Source: Elsinoe ampelina
Taxonomy: Eukaryota
Direction: 5' to 3'
Assembly (NCBI GenBank): GCA_010093995.1
Contig: ML992505.1
Span: 1,257,147 to 1,321,146 of the forward strand
DNA length: 64,000 nucleotides
Part shown: positions 36,843 to 47,984 of the stretch, piece by piece
Layout: every line of letters starts with the position of its first letter
How positions within the stretch are numbered: position 1 is the first letter of the stretch
Notes under the pieces: model-generated
Told to the model about the DNA's origin: nothing
The model's input: the letters and a program-made list of their open reading frames with translations, nothing else
The model's database searches: none
Position numbers and translations under genes: made by a program

Positions 36843-38860
36843 ATGGCTCAGATCCAGCGTCCTCCCTCTGCAAACGCAGCATACCACGCTTCAAGATCGC
36901 CTCTGGAAGTGCGCAATTCAAACCTCGACAAGCCGTTGCCCTCTCCGTTATCCCTCACACCCCGGGCAGACAGTCTGAAGCCCACCATCCGAATGCAGAG
37001 CACCCCGGCCAGTCCGGTTAGCATAAGCCCGCCCTACAGCGTGAAAGAGCCCTCGGCTGCTCAAGTGTCTGCTGCGTCACCACCCACATCAGCGACGCAT
37101 TCCAGGCGATCCTCAAGAGACACAACAAATGGCGACCTGCCCAACTCAATAAGCAATCTCTCGCTTGGAGATCGCCCGTCCAGTGCAGACAACACAGCAC
37201 TGCCGCGCGCACCCAGCCGGCATTCCGTCAAGTCATCCACATCTAGTCAGCCGTATCTCAATGATGTGCCAGAGGACGATGTGGCTGAGCAGGCCCCGGG
37301 CCTTCAATATCACCATGCCCCATACGAGTCGCCGGCAAAGCGCGTCCAGAGAGCTTCACAGATGACGGTGCCGAGTACCAGCTCTTCATCTAGTGGAGGT
37401 GATGGTGGAAGCGCACATCTCAGACTTCCGCGCAATGGTGGACCGCGACCACACTCGAGCGCCGCGGATCCTCGCGGGAGGCTATCAGAGTACGGCGACA
37501 ACCTCTCGCCACGCGGATCACCTCGCAGCTTCGCCAGGAACTCGTCGGCGCACAGGCACTCCCCAGACCACCGACCCATGTCGTACATCGATTTGCTCAA
37601 TGAAGTACCATATCATCAACAAGTCGCGCCGGCACCGACTCTCAATAATTCCGCTCTTCAACATGCCGTTGGAGCCAATGCCTCACTCTTGGACACCAAG
37701 AAGACTCTCGATATGTACCGCGCCAATGTCAAGAAAACCAACGACTCAGCCATCCAGTACGAATTTGCTATATTTATGATTAATGCCGCAAGAGACGCTA
37801 TGCAAGCCGGAACAGAGGCTTCGCATGCTGCTGATATGGTCAAAGAGGCCAAGGAGATCCTAATGCGATTGTCCGATCGTGGATATCCCTTCGCTCAATA
37901 TTACCTCGCTGATGGATATGCATCTGGCTTCTTTAACAAGGACAAGCCAGATCATGACAAAGCGTTCCCGCTCTTCATAGCGGCCTCGAAGCATGGACAT
38001 GCTGAAGCATCCTACCGCGCAGCTCTCTGCTACGAATTCGGCTGGGGAACTGCAAAGGCGTATCCAAAGGCTGTACAATTCCACCGCAATGCTGCGGCCA
38101 AAGGTCACCCAGGCGCGGCGGTCCGACTTGGCAAAGCCTGCATTTCTGGAGATATGGGCCTGATCAATCGATACAAGGAGGGTGTCAAATGGCTCAAACG
38201 AGCTCAAGAAGGAGCAGACGCGCAGTACAACAGCGGTCCTTACGAGCTGGGTCTTCTGCACATCAATGGCTTCGGCGATGACATCTTCAAGGATGAGAGC
38301 TACGCTGCACAGCTCTTCACTCAAGCCGCTGAGCTTGGACATGCAGAGGCCAACCTTCAACTTGGCCGGGCTTACGAGCTCGGTCTCCTCGGATGTCCGA
38401 AGGATGCCGCTTTGAGTGTGCACTTCTACAACGGCGCTGCCACAAGAGGTGTGCCCGACGCGATGATGGCCTTGTGCGCTTGGTACATGGTCGGAGCCGA
38501 GCCGGTCCTCGAGAAGGACGAGGCAGAGGCGTACGAATGGGCAAAGAAGGCGGCTGAGCTTGGTAAGCATGGTCCACGCACTCTGTTTGCAACAACCGCT
38601 AACAATTATCAGGTCTGCCGAAAGCAGAATACGCAGTCGCCTACTTCACAGAAATGGGCATCGGATGCCGCCGCGATCCCCTCGAGGCCAACAAATGGTA
38701 CGTCGAAGCTGCCGACCACGGTGATGAGAATGCGAGACAACGATTGGCCATCATTCGGGCTGCCGCCTCTGGCGACTCCGGCATAGCCATGGAAAAAGGC
38801 GTCGCAAGGAGCAGGGATCTAGCCAACGGCGGGAAAGAGAAGGATTGTATCATTATGTGA
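36843..38860 (+). CDS. SKT5: Chitin synthase activator with Sel1-like repeats (Skt5/Chs4 type)
   Basis: Disordered N-terminus, SLLDTKKTLDMYRANVKK, Sel1 repeats (GYPFAQYYLADGY, GHAEASYRAALCYEFG, AMMALCAWYMVG), intron 38563-38612, C-terminal CaaX CIIM. Confidence 0.92.
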
Positions 38861-39992
38861 TTTGACAAGATTGTACGCGGCATGTCCTACAAAGACGGCA
38901 AGAACACCATGCATTGGGACCAGGATACAAAAGACGATACACCACGCTTTTATGCTTTCAACCACCCATGAGCAGGATAGTCATGGTCAATATGGACGAT
39001 CAAAATCTACGATGGGCAAGTGCTGATGTGGCACCGCACCCTGTGATATCACATGCCACCAAAAGAGCACAAGTCGGGCCGACCTGGACAAGCGATGAAG
39101 TTCACGTCACGTCAAACCAAAAAGCCACGCCCAAGAGCGATATTTTATCTTTACGCACCCAATACCACCACAGTCATCAATTGCATTTCCCTGGAGCGAC
39201 AGCGATAATCAGGACAACGGGTCTTTGAACCCATGATTCGTTTTTGTTGAAAGCAAGAGAGCCACAATGGCATGCCACTTTTGGAGTAGTATATACAGCC
39301 CTCTTGTTTGCCATCTTTTGCTTGTACTAGGGATATCTAATGACTGCTAATATCAATCCTATTCAACGCCCGTCTTCTCTGAGCGTAACGCTACCGCTAC
39401 ATGCCACAGGCCGTCTGAGACTCCGCCGCTTACTCCAAGGGTTCCCTTGTGTCCTGACTGTTGAATCTGAATGAACGTCCTTGCAACAAGTCGATTGGCT
39501 GTGCCTGCGTCCGGCAAGGAAGGGAGTGCTGTAAAACCTTGTTCTGCTGTACCGCTCATTACCTAAGCAGTCCCGTCAAACCTACCACCTCCCCAATGCT
39601 ATTCCTCGCACATCCCCGACTCTATAGATGCTGCATCTCCGTCTCGATATCCTCTGTCCCCTGCAACCCTGTAGACTCTGGCCGTGTCTGAGCTGCGCCC
39701 TGCCAGCGAAGGACAAAGATGCCATCCGCGCACTTTTCTGCAGCCAATCAGCCCTCGGCTTCGCCCATGCAGCTAATCAAGAACGCTGCTGTCACGCTGC
39801 ACGCGCGTGGCGCAGCTTGATGCGTTGTGCGACCTTGGGAAATGCGCTGGGCGGCTGGGGTGATGGATCGGGACAATGGTGGTTGCTGGTAGGAATTGCC
39901 TACTTTCTTGCAGTTTTACAGATAGATTGAGTGTTTCGTTTAGTTTTGGAGTGTTTCGTTCATTTCTCTTCGCACGAGCTTGGGTGAGGGCC

Positions 39993-42900
39993 ATGGATCC
40001 TCTGAGCGTGACTGCGAGCATCATCGCCATCTTGACACTCACGCACAATGTTGGACAGCACCTCAATGGAGTTCGAGACGCACCGCGCGATTGCGAGCAG
40101 TGTGCGATCGAAATCGCCAATCTTGTCGGTCCTTTGACACAGCTCAAAGTCCTAGCCCAGCAGGCTCAAGCCGCTGGCGGTTCGCCATGGCTCGAACAGT
40201 TGTCTGGCTTGAACGTCAAGGGCGGCGTGATCGATCAATATGCTCAAGCTCTCCACTTGCTTCAAGAAAAAGTCAAGGTCGGCGATAGCGTGGATAGAGT
40301 CAAGGCACGTCTTGTGTGGCCCTTCCAGAAAAAGGAAGTGGAGAATATCCTGCAGCGGATGGAGAGGCTTAAGAGTCTTATTACTCTTGCGTTGACCATG
40401 GATCACAGGTGACTCGCGATATTCTAAGCGTGGAGTGAGCGATATTGACAGGTCCAGACAACGATCCGAGGACATAAAAGAAGATACCGCTGTCATTAGA
40501 GCAGGTCTTACGCCTCTACAAGCTCAGACTAGCGCCATCGGAGTTGGTGTACAGTCACTGCAAACGGATACCACGTCGATTGTCGCCACTGCCAGTGCGA
40601 TCCAGAACGCTCTTCCGCCGCTACAAGCGAGTTCAGCTGCCTATATGGATGCTCACAGCCGCCAGCAACATGAAGCGATACTGAAATGGCTCCATCCCGT
40701 TGACGCCTCTGCTGTACTGTATGGTCACCTTTCCCAGCGACAAGAGGGAACTTGCCAATGGTTCTTCGACTCGATGCTTTACAAGGACTGGCAATCAGGT
40801 GCGCAGAAGACGCTCTTTTGCCCTGGTATCCCTGGAGCCGGAAAGACGACTTTGGCAGCGGCTATCATCGACCATCTCAAGCGGCATGTGCTCAGCAATG
40901 TGTCTGAATGTGCATACATCTTCTGCAATTACAAGTCCGAGGCTGAGCAAACCCTCCCAAACCTGCTTGCTGGACTCTTGCAGCAGGTGGTGCGGAATCG
41001 GCCCGACGCGATGGGTCCTGTAGCAGAACTGCACAACAAGGGTGGGGAGCCAACGTCAACGGAGTATGGACAAGCACTACTACGAGTATGTTCAGCGACT
41101 ACCACTACATATCTGATCATAGACGCTCTTGATGAATGCTCCGACACTGTGAGAGATCCACTGCTCGATATCGTTTCTCGATTGCAGGCCAACCATGACG
41201 TGCGACTCCTGTGCACTTCACGACTGATCCCTGACGTCGAAGAGCGCTTCCAGGACTGTCCGCAGATCAGCATCCTGGCCGATAGCGCGGATGTCAGGAA
41301 ATATCTGGAGAGTCAATCCCTACCAAAATGCGTCCGACGAGATCCAGGACTGCAAGATCAAGTCTACGCCGATATTGTTGCATCAGCGGATGGCATGTAA
41401 GTTCTTGATCGCATCAAGCACGATGTGCACTAACATGATACCAGCTTCCTGCTCGCCCGACTCCACGTAGACTCGCTACGTGCTCAACGGACCCCAAACA
41501 TGGTACGCGACACTCTGGAGCAATTATCCAAGGGGTCAAACGCTCTGGAGATGGCGTATGAAAAGGCTTTGGATCGCATTGAAGGACAGCTCAAAGAAGA
41601 CAGTATGCTTGCCAAGCGTGTCATCTGCTGGATCAGCTACGCCCAACGTCCACTAACCGTCGAGGAGCTTATCACTGCACTCGCCGTTAAGGCTGGAGAC
41701 ACAACTCTTGATAAAGGCAACTGTGTGCCTGCAGAAGATGTTGTCTCCGTGTGCGCTGGTCTGGTGGCCGTGGACGATCAGACAGGAATCGTGCGCCTTG
41801 TGCATCTCACCGCCCAAGAGTTCTTCGCTAGAATTCGAAATCAGTGGTATCCTCGCGCTGAACTCGAGGTAGCGACAACCTGTTGGACATATCTGACATT
41901 CGACGGCCTTCTCGATCAATGTTTACAAGAATTTGGATACACGCCCCCCAGCGATGACTTCTTCAAGTATGTGAGAGAACATTGCGTCGACCACATTCTC
42001 CCAGTCGAAGCTGAGCTTGTGTGTCTGACTTTGAAAAGTCTCCAAAATCAAGCACTACTTCGACGTATGTGGCAGGTCGGTGTTGGCCAGGATTATAGGA
42101 TGTTTGGGATGTTTGGGATGCGTGAGGACATGGCACTGTCAAGAAAAGCACTTCACTTCGCTGCCCGACATGGTCTAGTGCATACGATGGAAGAAATCAT
42201 CCGCCGCGACCCTGGTCTCGGAAGCGCTTACATTGATTCAGTGGACTCGGAGGGCAGTACACCTCTCGTGCTCGCACTACAAGCCGGCCACGAGGCGTCA
42301 GCGAGGATACTATTACGAGAAGGCGCGAGCATCCATCTGCCTATCAGGCTGCCTGGAGAGGTTAGAGCGAGTAATGCGTTGGAGGCTGCGTCGCAATCTT
42401 GCAGCGAAGAGATGGTGCGATTCTTGATCGATGCTGGTGCAGTCGTCAACATGCCTGGTAGGAGCTACAGGGGGAATTGCCTTCAAAGAGCTTCGCGCCG
42501 CGGCCATGTAGGAATAGTTCGGCTGCTGCTTGAAGGAGGAAGTCACGTTAATGCAGACCTGTGCCCTTCTACGAGGTATGGCGGTACCGCCCTCGCCTTG
42601 GCTTCCGAGGCTGGACATGAAGCGATAGTGGATCTGCTCTTGAAGTCGGGTGCGCATGTCGATGGCCGAGTGTCTGTCGACCCACCTGGGCCTATGCTGG
42701 TGTCCTCGGTCGCTTTCGACCCTCAAGATGATAGTGTTCAGAACCCGCGGGACCCGGAGACACCTTTTCACAACGAGGACTCCAGTATAAGTGGGCGGCC
42801 AACAATAGATCGCGTACCACTAGTGGCAGCTCTTTTCAAGCGCCATGAGGGTGTGGCGCGGCAGCTTCTTGATGCAGGGGCTGATATAGAACTCATAGAT

Positions 42901-43770
42901 GAAGTCTTTGGGACCGCGCTCCAATGCGCAGCGTCCTCTGGTAACTTTGCAATAGTGGAGCTGCTGATCGAAAAAGGAGCGGACATCAACAGGGCGAACT
43001 CGTACGGGACAGCACTCCAGCAAGCAGCAAGAGATGGCCACCTAGAGGTGGTAAAGCTGCTAATCGAAAAAGGAGCGGACATGGACTACAGCACGAGCAG
43101 GCACGGGACAGCACTCCAGCAAGCAGCAAGAAATGACCACCTAGAGGTGGTAAAGCTGCTAATCGAAAAAGGAGCAGACATCAACAGCGCGAGCGAATGG
43201 GGGACAGCACTTCAGCTGGCTGCAGAAATGGGTCATCTCGAGTTGGTAAAGCTGCTGATCGAAAGAGAAGCGGACATCAAACGCGCGAGCCTGTACGGAA
43301 CCGCACTCCAGCTGGCAGCCGGCAATGGTCATCTAGAGATGGTGAAGCTACTCATTGAAGGGAGAGTCGATGTTAATGCAACACCGGGAGGGGTCGACAC
43401 TGCCTTGCAAGCAGCTGCCGGGGAAGGACATAGCGAGGTTGTCTCCTTTCTGCTCACGTATGGTGCAAAAATCAACGTTGAAGATGCACACTACCCAAGC
43501 GCACTCTGGCAAGCGACTTTTGGCGGCCACGCTGAGACGGTGGCCTTGCTCCTCTGTGAGGGTGCTAGACCAGACACGTCCAGCACTCGGCATCAGGCTT
43601 TGAGATTCAGTATCCCTACGGGCACCGCTCTCGATGTAGCCAGGCAGAAGGGATACAAAAGGATCGAGAAGATGCTGCTTGATGCAGGAGCTGATCCCCG
43701 TCCCTGGGATGAACGCATCCTTGAAGACTCAGGACCACTCCGATTCGAGACCTGGGATGGCCCGGTATGA
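39993..43770 (+). CDS. Fungal NLR: HeLo-like/STAND N-terminal domain, NACHT, winged helix, ankyrin repeats
   Basis: MDPLSVTASIIAILTL..RLVWPFQKKEVENILQRMERLKS; intron from 40409; GTCQWF, CPGIPGAGKTT (Walker A), LIIDALDEC (Walker B); intron 41397-41444; WISYAQRPLT, VRLVHLTAQEFF; many GTALQxAAxxGHLEVVKLLIEKGAD repeats. Confidence 0.92.
42910..43392 (+). repeat. Five tandem 96-99 bp ankyrin-coding DNA repeats
   Basis: Units start at 42910, 43006, 43105, 43201 and 43297; units 2 and 3 differ at only 3 of their first 77 nt. Confidence 0.9.
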
Positions 43771-44544
43771 TGCAGAAGCGGAGAGATCGCATCAGCCAAA
43801 TGAACGAGATTCTCTCTGGAAGCATCTTCCACGCTGAGGTGTACAGCTTTCCGCCAGGAATGCAAGACAAACGTAACCTACCACTGGACCGGGACGCACA
43901 TCTATGTGATCAGCCCCAGACGACTCTTCTGCCGGCTCAACATGATCGGTGGTTTGCTCTGTACCATCGACCGCATTCGATCAGCCGCCAGGCCGGGGTA
44001 TTCGTGTGTGCTGGTACGAGACCGCAGGATTCCACGTGCAGACAGACTGTAGTGAATGCCGCGGATCGACGGTCGTACTGGAAGGACTACGCACGATCCG
44101 TTACAGCGCGGGGTCGTCGGTATGACCGTTGCGACATTTGCTGCGGGATAGAGGACGTCATGTTGGACTTTACGGGGTTTGACCAGGTTGTGTTGAGGGA
44201 GGGCAGGCGTGCACCAGAATCTTTCCAAGGGTTGTCTTGTGTCGAGTGGGTACGTCGATGTAGGAGTCCAGCGTGAAGCTGTCCAAAGACCAGATGACAT
44301 AGAGAGAAATGTATTGGAGTTGAAGAGGATGTTGATAATGATCATGTTCGTGCTGCTATAGTAGCGCTAGAGTGAGTCGAATTGGGTATCTAACGCCAAA
44401 GAATGCTGACAGTGCCACTGCCTTTACCAACCACCGTCACCAACGAATGTGACCCCTAACCTTGCCACATCTGCCCAGCTCCCCTCGTTTAACGACTGAA
44501 TCCCGCCACAGACCAATCCCTCAAGGACCTCCCATTTTCACCAC

Positions 44545-47202
44545 TCAACCCTGCCACCTCACCCTCTCCCCCCTCAACATCTTCATCAGCCCGATAGGCA
44601 ACAGCTCCCTATCCCCAACTTCCAGACCCCCAAAAATCTCCAGCATCTCCGGCCCATATAGCGCCAGGATCCACTTGTTGTACCTACTCCCACACCAACT
44701 CTTTCCGAGACGATCCATCAAGCCGACCAATCTACCGCTACGGCCAACGTGCCCCATGTCCACTATCTTCTCACTTGGATGGCCCATCAATGCCTTCGCG
44801 GCGCCAACAAAGAAGTGGCTCGTCTCGGCGCGGTAGCGATTGTACTCTTCGAAGGAGAAGAAGGTTTCGTGGTCTTCGGGAAGCCAGCCGTCGATAGTGT
44901 TGAAGGTAGCTTTCTCCTTGTCGAAGCGGGCTTTGGCTCGGTCGTATTCGTGACGGTCCTGCAAGGCGGCGAGACGCAATCGGTCTTCTGGCTCGAGAGT
45001 ATCTGCAAGCACACCACCGATTTCGGTTAGATCCTGGTCGGAGGTCAGGTCGTTAGTAGCTTTCTCATGCAGGCGGGCAATCAGCGGGATGAACGGGTTG
45101 CGCAGGTCAAGACCACCGAGCTCGGTGGGAAAGTAGAGGAATCCGGTTGGAATGGCGTCGGCAGGGATCGAGAAACGGTCGGAAATCATGGTCTTGAGAT
45201 GTGAGGTCACAGATCCTGAGGGAAAAAGTTCACGTTGGATGAGCTCGAAGGTGGAGATGACTGAGCGAAGGTGAGAGGGTCCATGACAGTTGGCGGCACG
45301 GCCGAAATTTGTCGTGAAGAAACGGGAAACGTAGCTATTCCAAGCTTGAATGAAGGCAAGCACAGAGCGGCAAGCTGCGAGCTGGAGACGCAGTTCGGAG
45401 ATGTGGTCGTGCACTTGGGTCAGGTCGATCTCCCACTTGCGAGTCTTTGGCGACAGGATGAGGAAGCCCCAATGGATCTCGCCTTCAGGAAGAGATGTGG
45501 GAGCTTGAACACTGCTTGAATCAATGCCCTTGCTCGTGAGGAAGCAGCTTCCAGACTTCTCGGCATTGAGCTGCAGACCAGTCCGAAGAGTGAACTCTTT
45601 GATCACGTGCCATGCGGTTTCGCATTCCCGCCCTGAGCCCCAGAACCAGAGATCATCATGCAATCGGAAGAGCTTACTACCCTCTGTGGCCAGGTTGATA
45701 GCATGGTCGAGACAGAATAACAACATCTCGCCAAGGACATCGCTGAGGGCGTGGCTCATGGGGGCACCAGACTTCCTGGTCGTTGGTACAGCATCGGGTC
45801 CGTCTTGGGCGAAGACCAGAGGTGCCTCAAGGAACGTTTTGCAGAAGGTGATTAGGTATTGCCTGAAACCGAAGAAGCGGAGTAGCTCGAGAATGGTAGC
45901 GTGTGGTAGTGATGGGCCGAACCAAGCGAAATCAGATTGAAGGACGCAGAACTGATCCGACATTTCGAGATCAATGAGCATGTCGGCTGTGATAAGTTCC
46001 ATCAATTCCTGCTTTAGCTCAACTGGTGTCTTGTCGGCCGAGCCGTGTTCCGAGTCGTCACCAGCGTAATCGCGCGTGCCGCTTCCCAGGTCCTGCGGCA
46101 TCTGGATCAAAAAATAGTTGTCGTTGTACAAGTCTTCGTGGATACCACCGATAGACCGCGATGGCTTGTCGAGAGATGGAATCACTTGACCGCCCTCCCG
46201 AACGGTCTGGCGAAGGAAGTAAGCACGACGCAATTCAGCTTCTTCCGAGAGGGTGGTTCTATTGTAGGCGAACCATGCCTGACGCCTGAACTTGTCGAGG
46301 GCTCCTTTGACGTGACTCGCCAATTGCGCTCCTATGTAATGCACCAGCAGAGCCTGATGGATCTCCTCGTCCATGAAGAAGCGATACTTGCCATTGAGTT
46401 GGCGTCGTTGAATGACAGGAATGGCGGATTGCTCCCAGGACCACTCTTGAAGCGGCTTCAAGCTCATGTTCAGGACATCGACGACCTCGGACAGTACCGA
46501 ATCACGACTCTGCAGATCGAGCAAGGCATCGCGCTTTTCTCCAGCGAAGAGGTCGGACCGGATTACGCCCGAGATTGTCGCTTTCAGTGTGCCTTCTGAG
46601 AGTGGGCGGACGCGGAATTTCTTCATGGCCGTCCGCAGTCGATCAAAGGGAGTGATCTCGGTGGCTGGGCCTGCGGAGTCGGCCTGGCCAAAGAGTGATG
46701 TGAGGTAGTCGGTAAAGGCGGATACATCGACCTTACGTTCTGTGAAGACAACAGCTTCCCAGGTCTGACGCTGGTCATGCATCTCTTTACGGCCAACATG
46801 CTCAAAGTCGACATCAGCGTCGGGGTGGCGATTGGCGTCATTCGGGTTCTCCAGCCATTCTGTAACAAGCCGACCGAAGAGCGAAGCGAACGCATATTTG
46901 GAGCTTCGTACCGATAGGAGCCTTTCCAGCATATCCTGCCATTGTTTGACCGTAGCTGATGGAACCGAGGCATCATGTTCGGCCTGCTTGAGGAACATTT
47001 CGATATTATTGAGCGAGGTTCCGGGTTGAGCCAGCTCCATCTTCTTGATGCCCTTGAGCAGGCGATGCAAGTATGCCAGAGTCTCGACATCCTTATCTTT
47101 GTCGTCGAGGAGGGATGTGCGTTGGCGTTCGAACTTGGCCTGTTGGACTTCGAGTTTCGCTAGCTTCTTCTTGGTAACGTGTTGGAGTACAGCGGTAGCC
47201 AT
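44545..47202 (-). CDS. rvt: rvt-type cellular (non-mobile) reverse transcriptase-related protein, 885 aa, intronless
   Basis: N-terminal coiled coil; RRQLNGKYRFFMDEE; QSDFAWFGPSLPH (motif A); SGAPMSHALSDVLGE (motif B); LFRLHDDLWFWG (motif C, HDD at 45660-45652); GLQLNAEKSG; IHWGFL; thumb FLYFPTELGGLDLRNPF. No gag, endonuclease, RNase H, integrase, LTR or RIP signature. Confidence 0.88.
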   Translation of the reverse strand: MATAVLQHVTKKKLAKLEVQQAKFERQRTSLLDDKDKDVETLAYLHRLLKGIKKMELAQPGTSLNNIEMFLKQAEHDASVPSATVKQWQDMLERLLSVRSSKYAFASLFGRLVTEWLENPNDANRHPDADVDFEHVGRKEMHDQRQTWEAVVFTERKVDVSAFTDYLTSLFGQADSAGPATEITPFDRLRTAMKKFRVRPLSEGTLKATISGVIRSDLFAGEKRDALLDLQSRDSVLSEVVDVLNMSLKPLQEWSWEQSAIPVIQRRQLNGKYRFFMDEEIHQALLVHYIGAQLASHVKGALDKFRRQAWFAYNRTTLSEEAELRRAYFLRQTVREGGQVIPSLDKPSRSIGGIHEDLYNDNYFLIQMPQDLGSGTRDYAGDDSEHGSADKTPVELKQELMELITADMLIDLEMSDQFCVLQSDFAWFGPSLPHATILELLRFFGFRQYLITFCKTFLEAPLVFAQDGPDAVPTTRKSGAPMSHALSDVLGEMLLFCLDHAINLATEGSKLFRLHDDLWFWGSGRECETAWHVIKEFTLRTGLQLNAEKSGSCFLTSKGIDSSSVQAPTSLPEGEIHWGFLILSPKTRKWEIDLTQVHDHISELRLQLAACRSVLAFIQAWNSYVSRFFTTNFGRAANCHGPSHLRSVISTFELIQRELFPSGSVTSHLKTMISDRFSIPADAIPTGFLYFPTELGGLDLRNPFIPLIARLHEKATNDLTSDQDLTEIGGVLADTLEPEDRLRLAALQDRHEYDRAKARFDKEKATFNTIDGWLPEDHETFFSFEEYNRYRAETSHFFVGAAKALMGHPSEKIVDMGHVGRSGRLVGLMDRLGKSWCGSRYNKWILALYGPEMLEIFGGLEVGDRELLPIGLMKMLRGERVRWQG

Positions 47203-47384
47203 GTTGACGACGAGAGCTGGGTCCTGTCCTACGACCTTGAGAAGATACTAACACTGCACTTCAGATCCAGCGGCTTGTGACAAGGATGGCCGAGTGCTAG
47301 TAATCGGAAGGTCGAGCGGGTGTATTCAAGAGAGGTGCGCTAAGAGAGCTGGATCAAGAGATGCTGACTTTGAAGGTATGGTTC

Positions 47385-47391
47385 TTTTATA
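47385..47391 (-). promoter_or_regulatory. Putative TATA box of rvt
   Basis: TATAAAA on the minus strand ~185 nt upstream of the rvt ATG. Confidence 0.4.
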
Positions 47392-47976
47392 GATGAATCG
47401 ATGAAGAAATGTTCTGATGCTAATGGAGTCACAAGGTGCTGCGGTGGATTTCAGAGTTGGACATGGATATCCCAAAATGGCACCGCATCAGAAGAGAACG
47501 GGAAGTTACTACTCACCGCAGCCATGACCGACCTTCCGCACAAGGCAGGAGTGGGTCGTGAACTGAACATGACAGACAAGTGCTAGGTAACAAGGAGGAT
47601 ATGCGTGACTGCTTGATGGACTGAGAATGTACGGTGTACAGCAGAGGGACGGTGACAGAGCTACGCTCGCATGGGGTTGTTGTCCTACAGATAGGCGTGC
47701 GCATGCTGCTTCAGGGGATTTTGGCCGCCTGAGGTGAGGCGATGAATTGCACATGTCTGCACAATTTGATTTGCATGGATGTGCTCGGATGTTGAGTGAA
47801 CAGAAGAGAGCAATTCCAGGCCCCCGAGGTGAGCTTCCAAATAGCCCTCGGAATCAGCGAGGATGACGTCGTTTGCAGCGAAAAAGAGTTGAAGCTGTGG
47901 TAACAATCGTTTGCGCCATCCCATGTATCTATTTTCCTCACGCCAGCAATTTCTAATCCTCGTGCATAGCAAGCAG

Positions 47977-47984
47977 TATATATA
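47977..47984 (+). promoter_or_regulatory. Putative TATA box of the DUF4336 gene
   Basis: TATATATA ~70 nt before ATG 48055, followed by a C/A-rich leader. Confidence 0.4.

Noticed and set aside
39461..39930. Cys-rich short ORFs upstream of the NLR as a possible effector gene
   Set aside because: TTG start for the first, no signal peptide, no codon bias, no amyloid or HeLo motif.
44545..47202. Interpreting the RT as a retrotransposon, group II intron or telomerase
   Set aside because: No gag, protease, RNase H, integrase, endonuclease, LTRs, poly(A) tail or TERT motifs; HDD motif and domain layout fit rvt.
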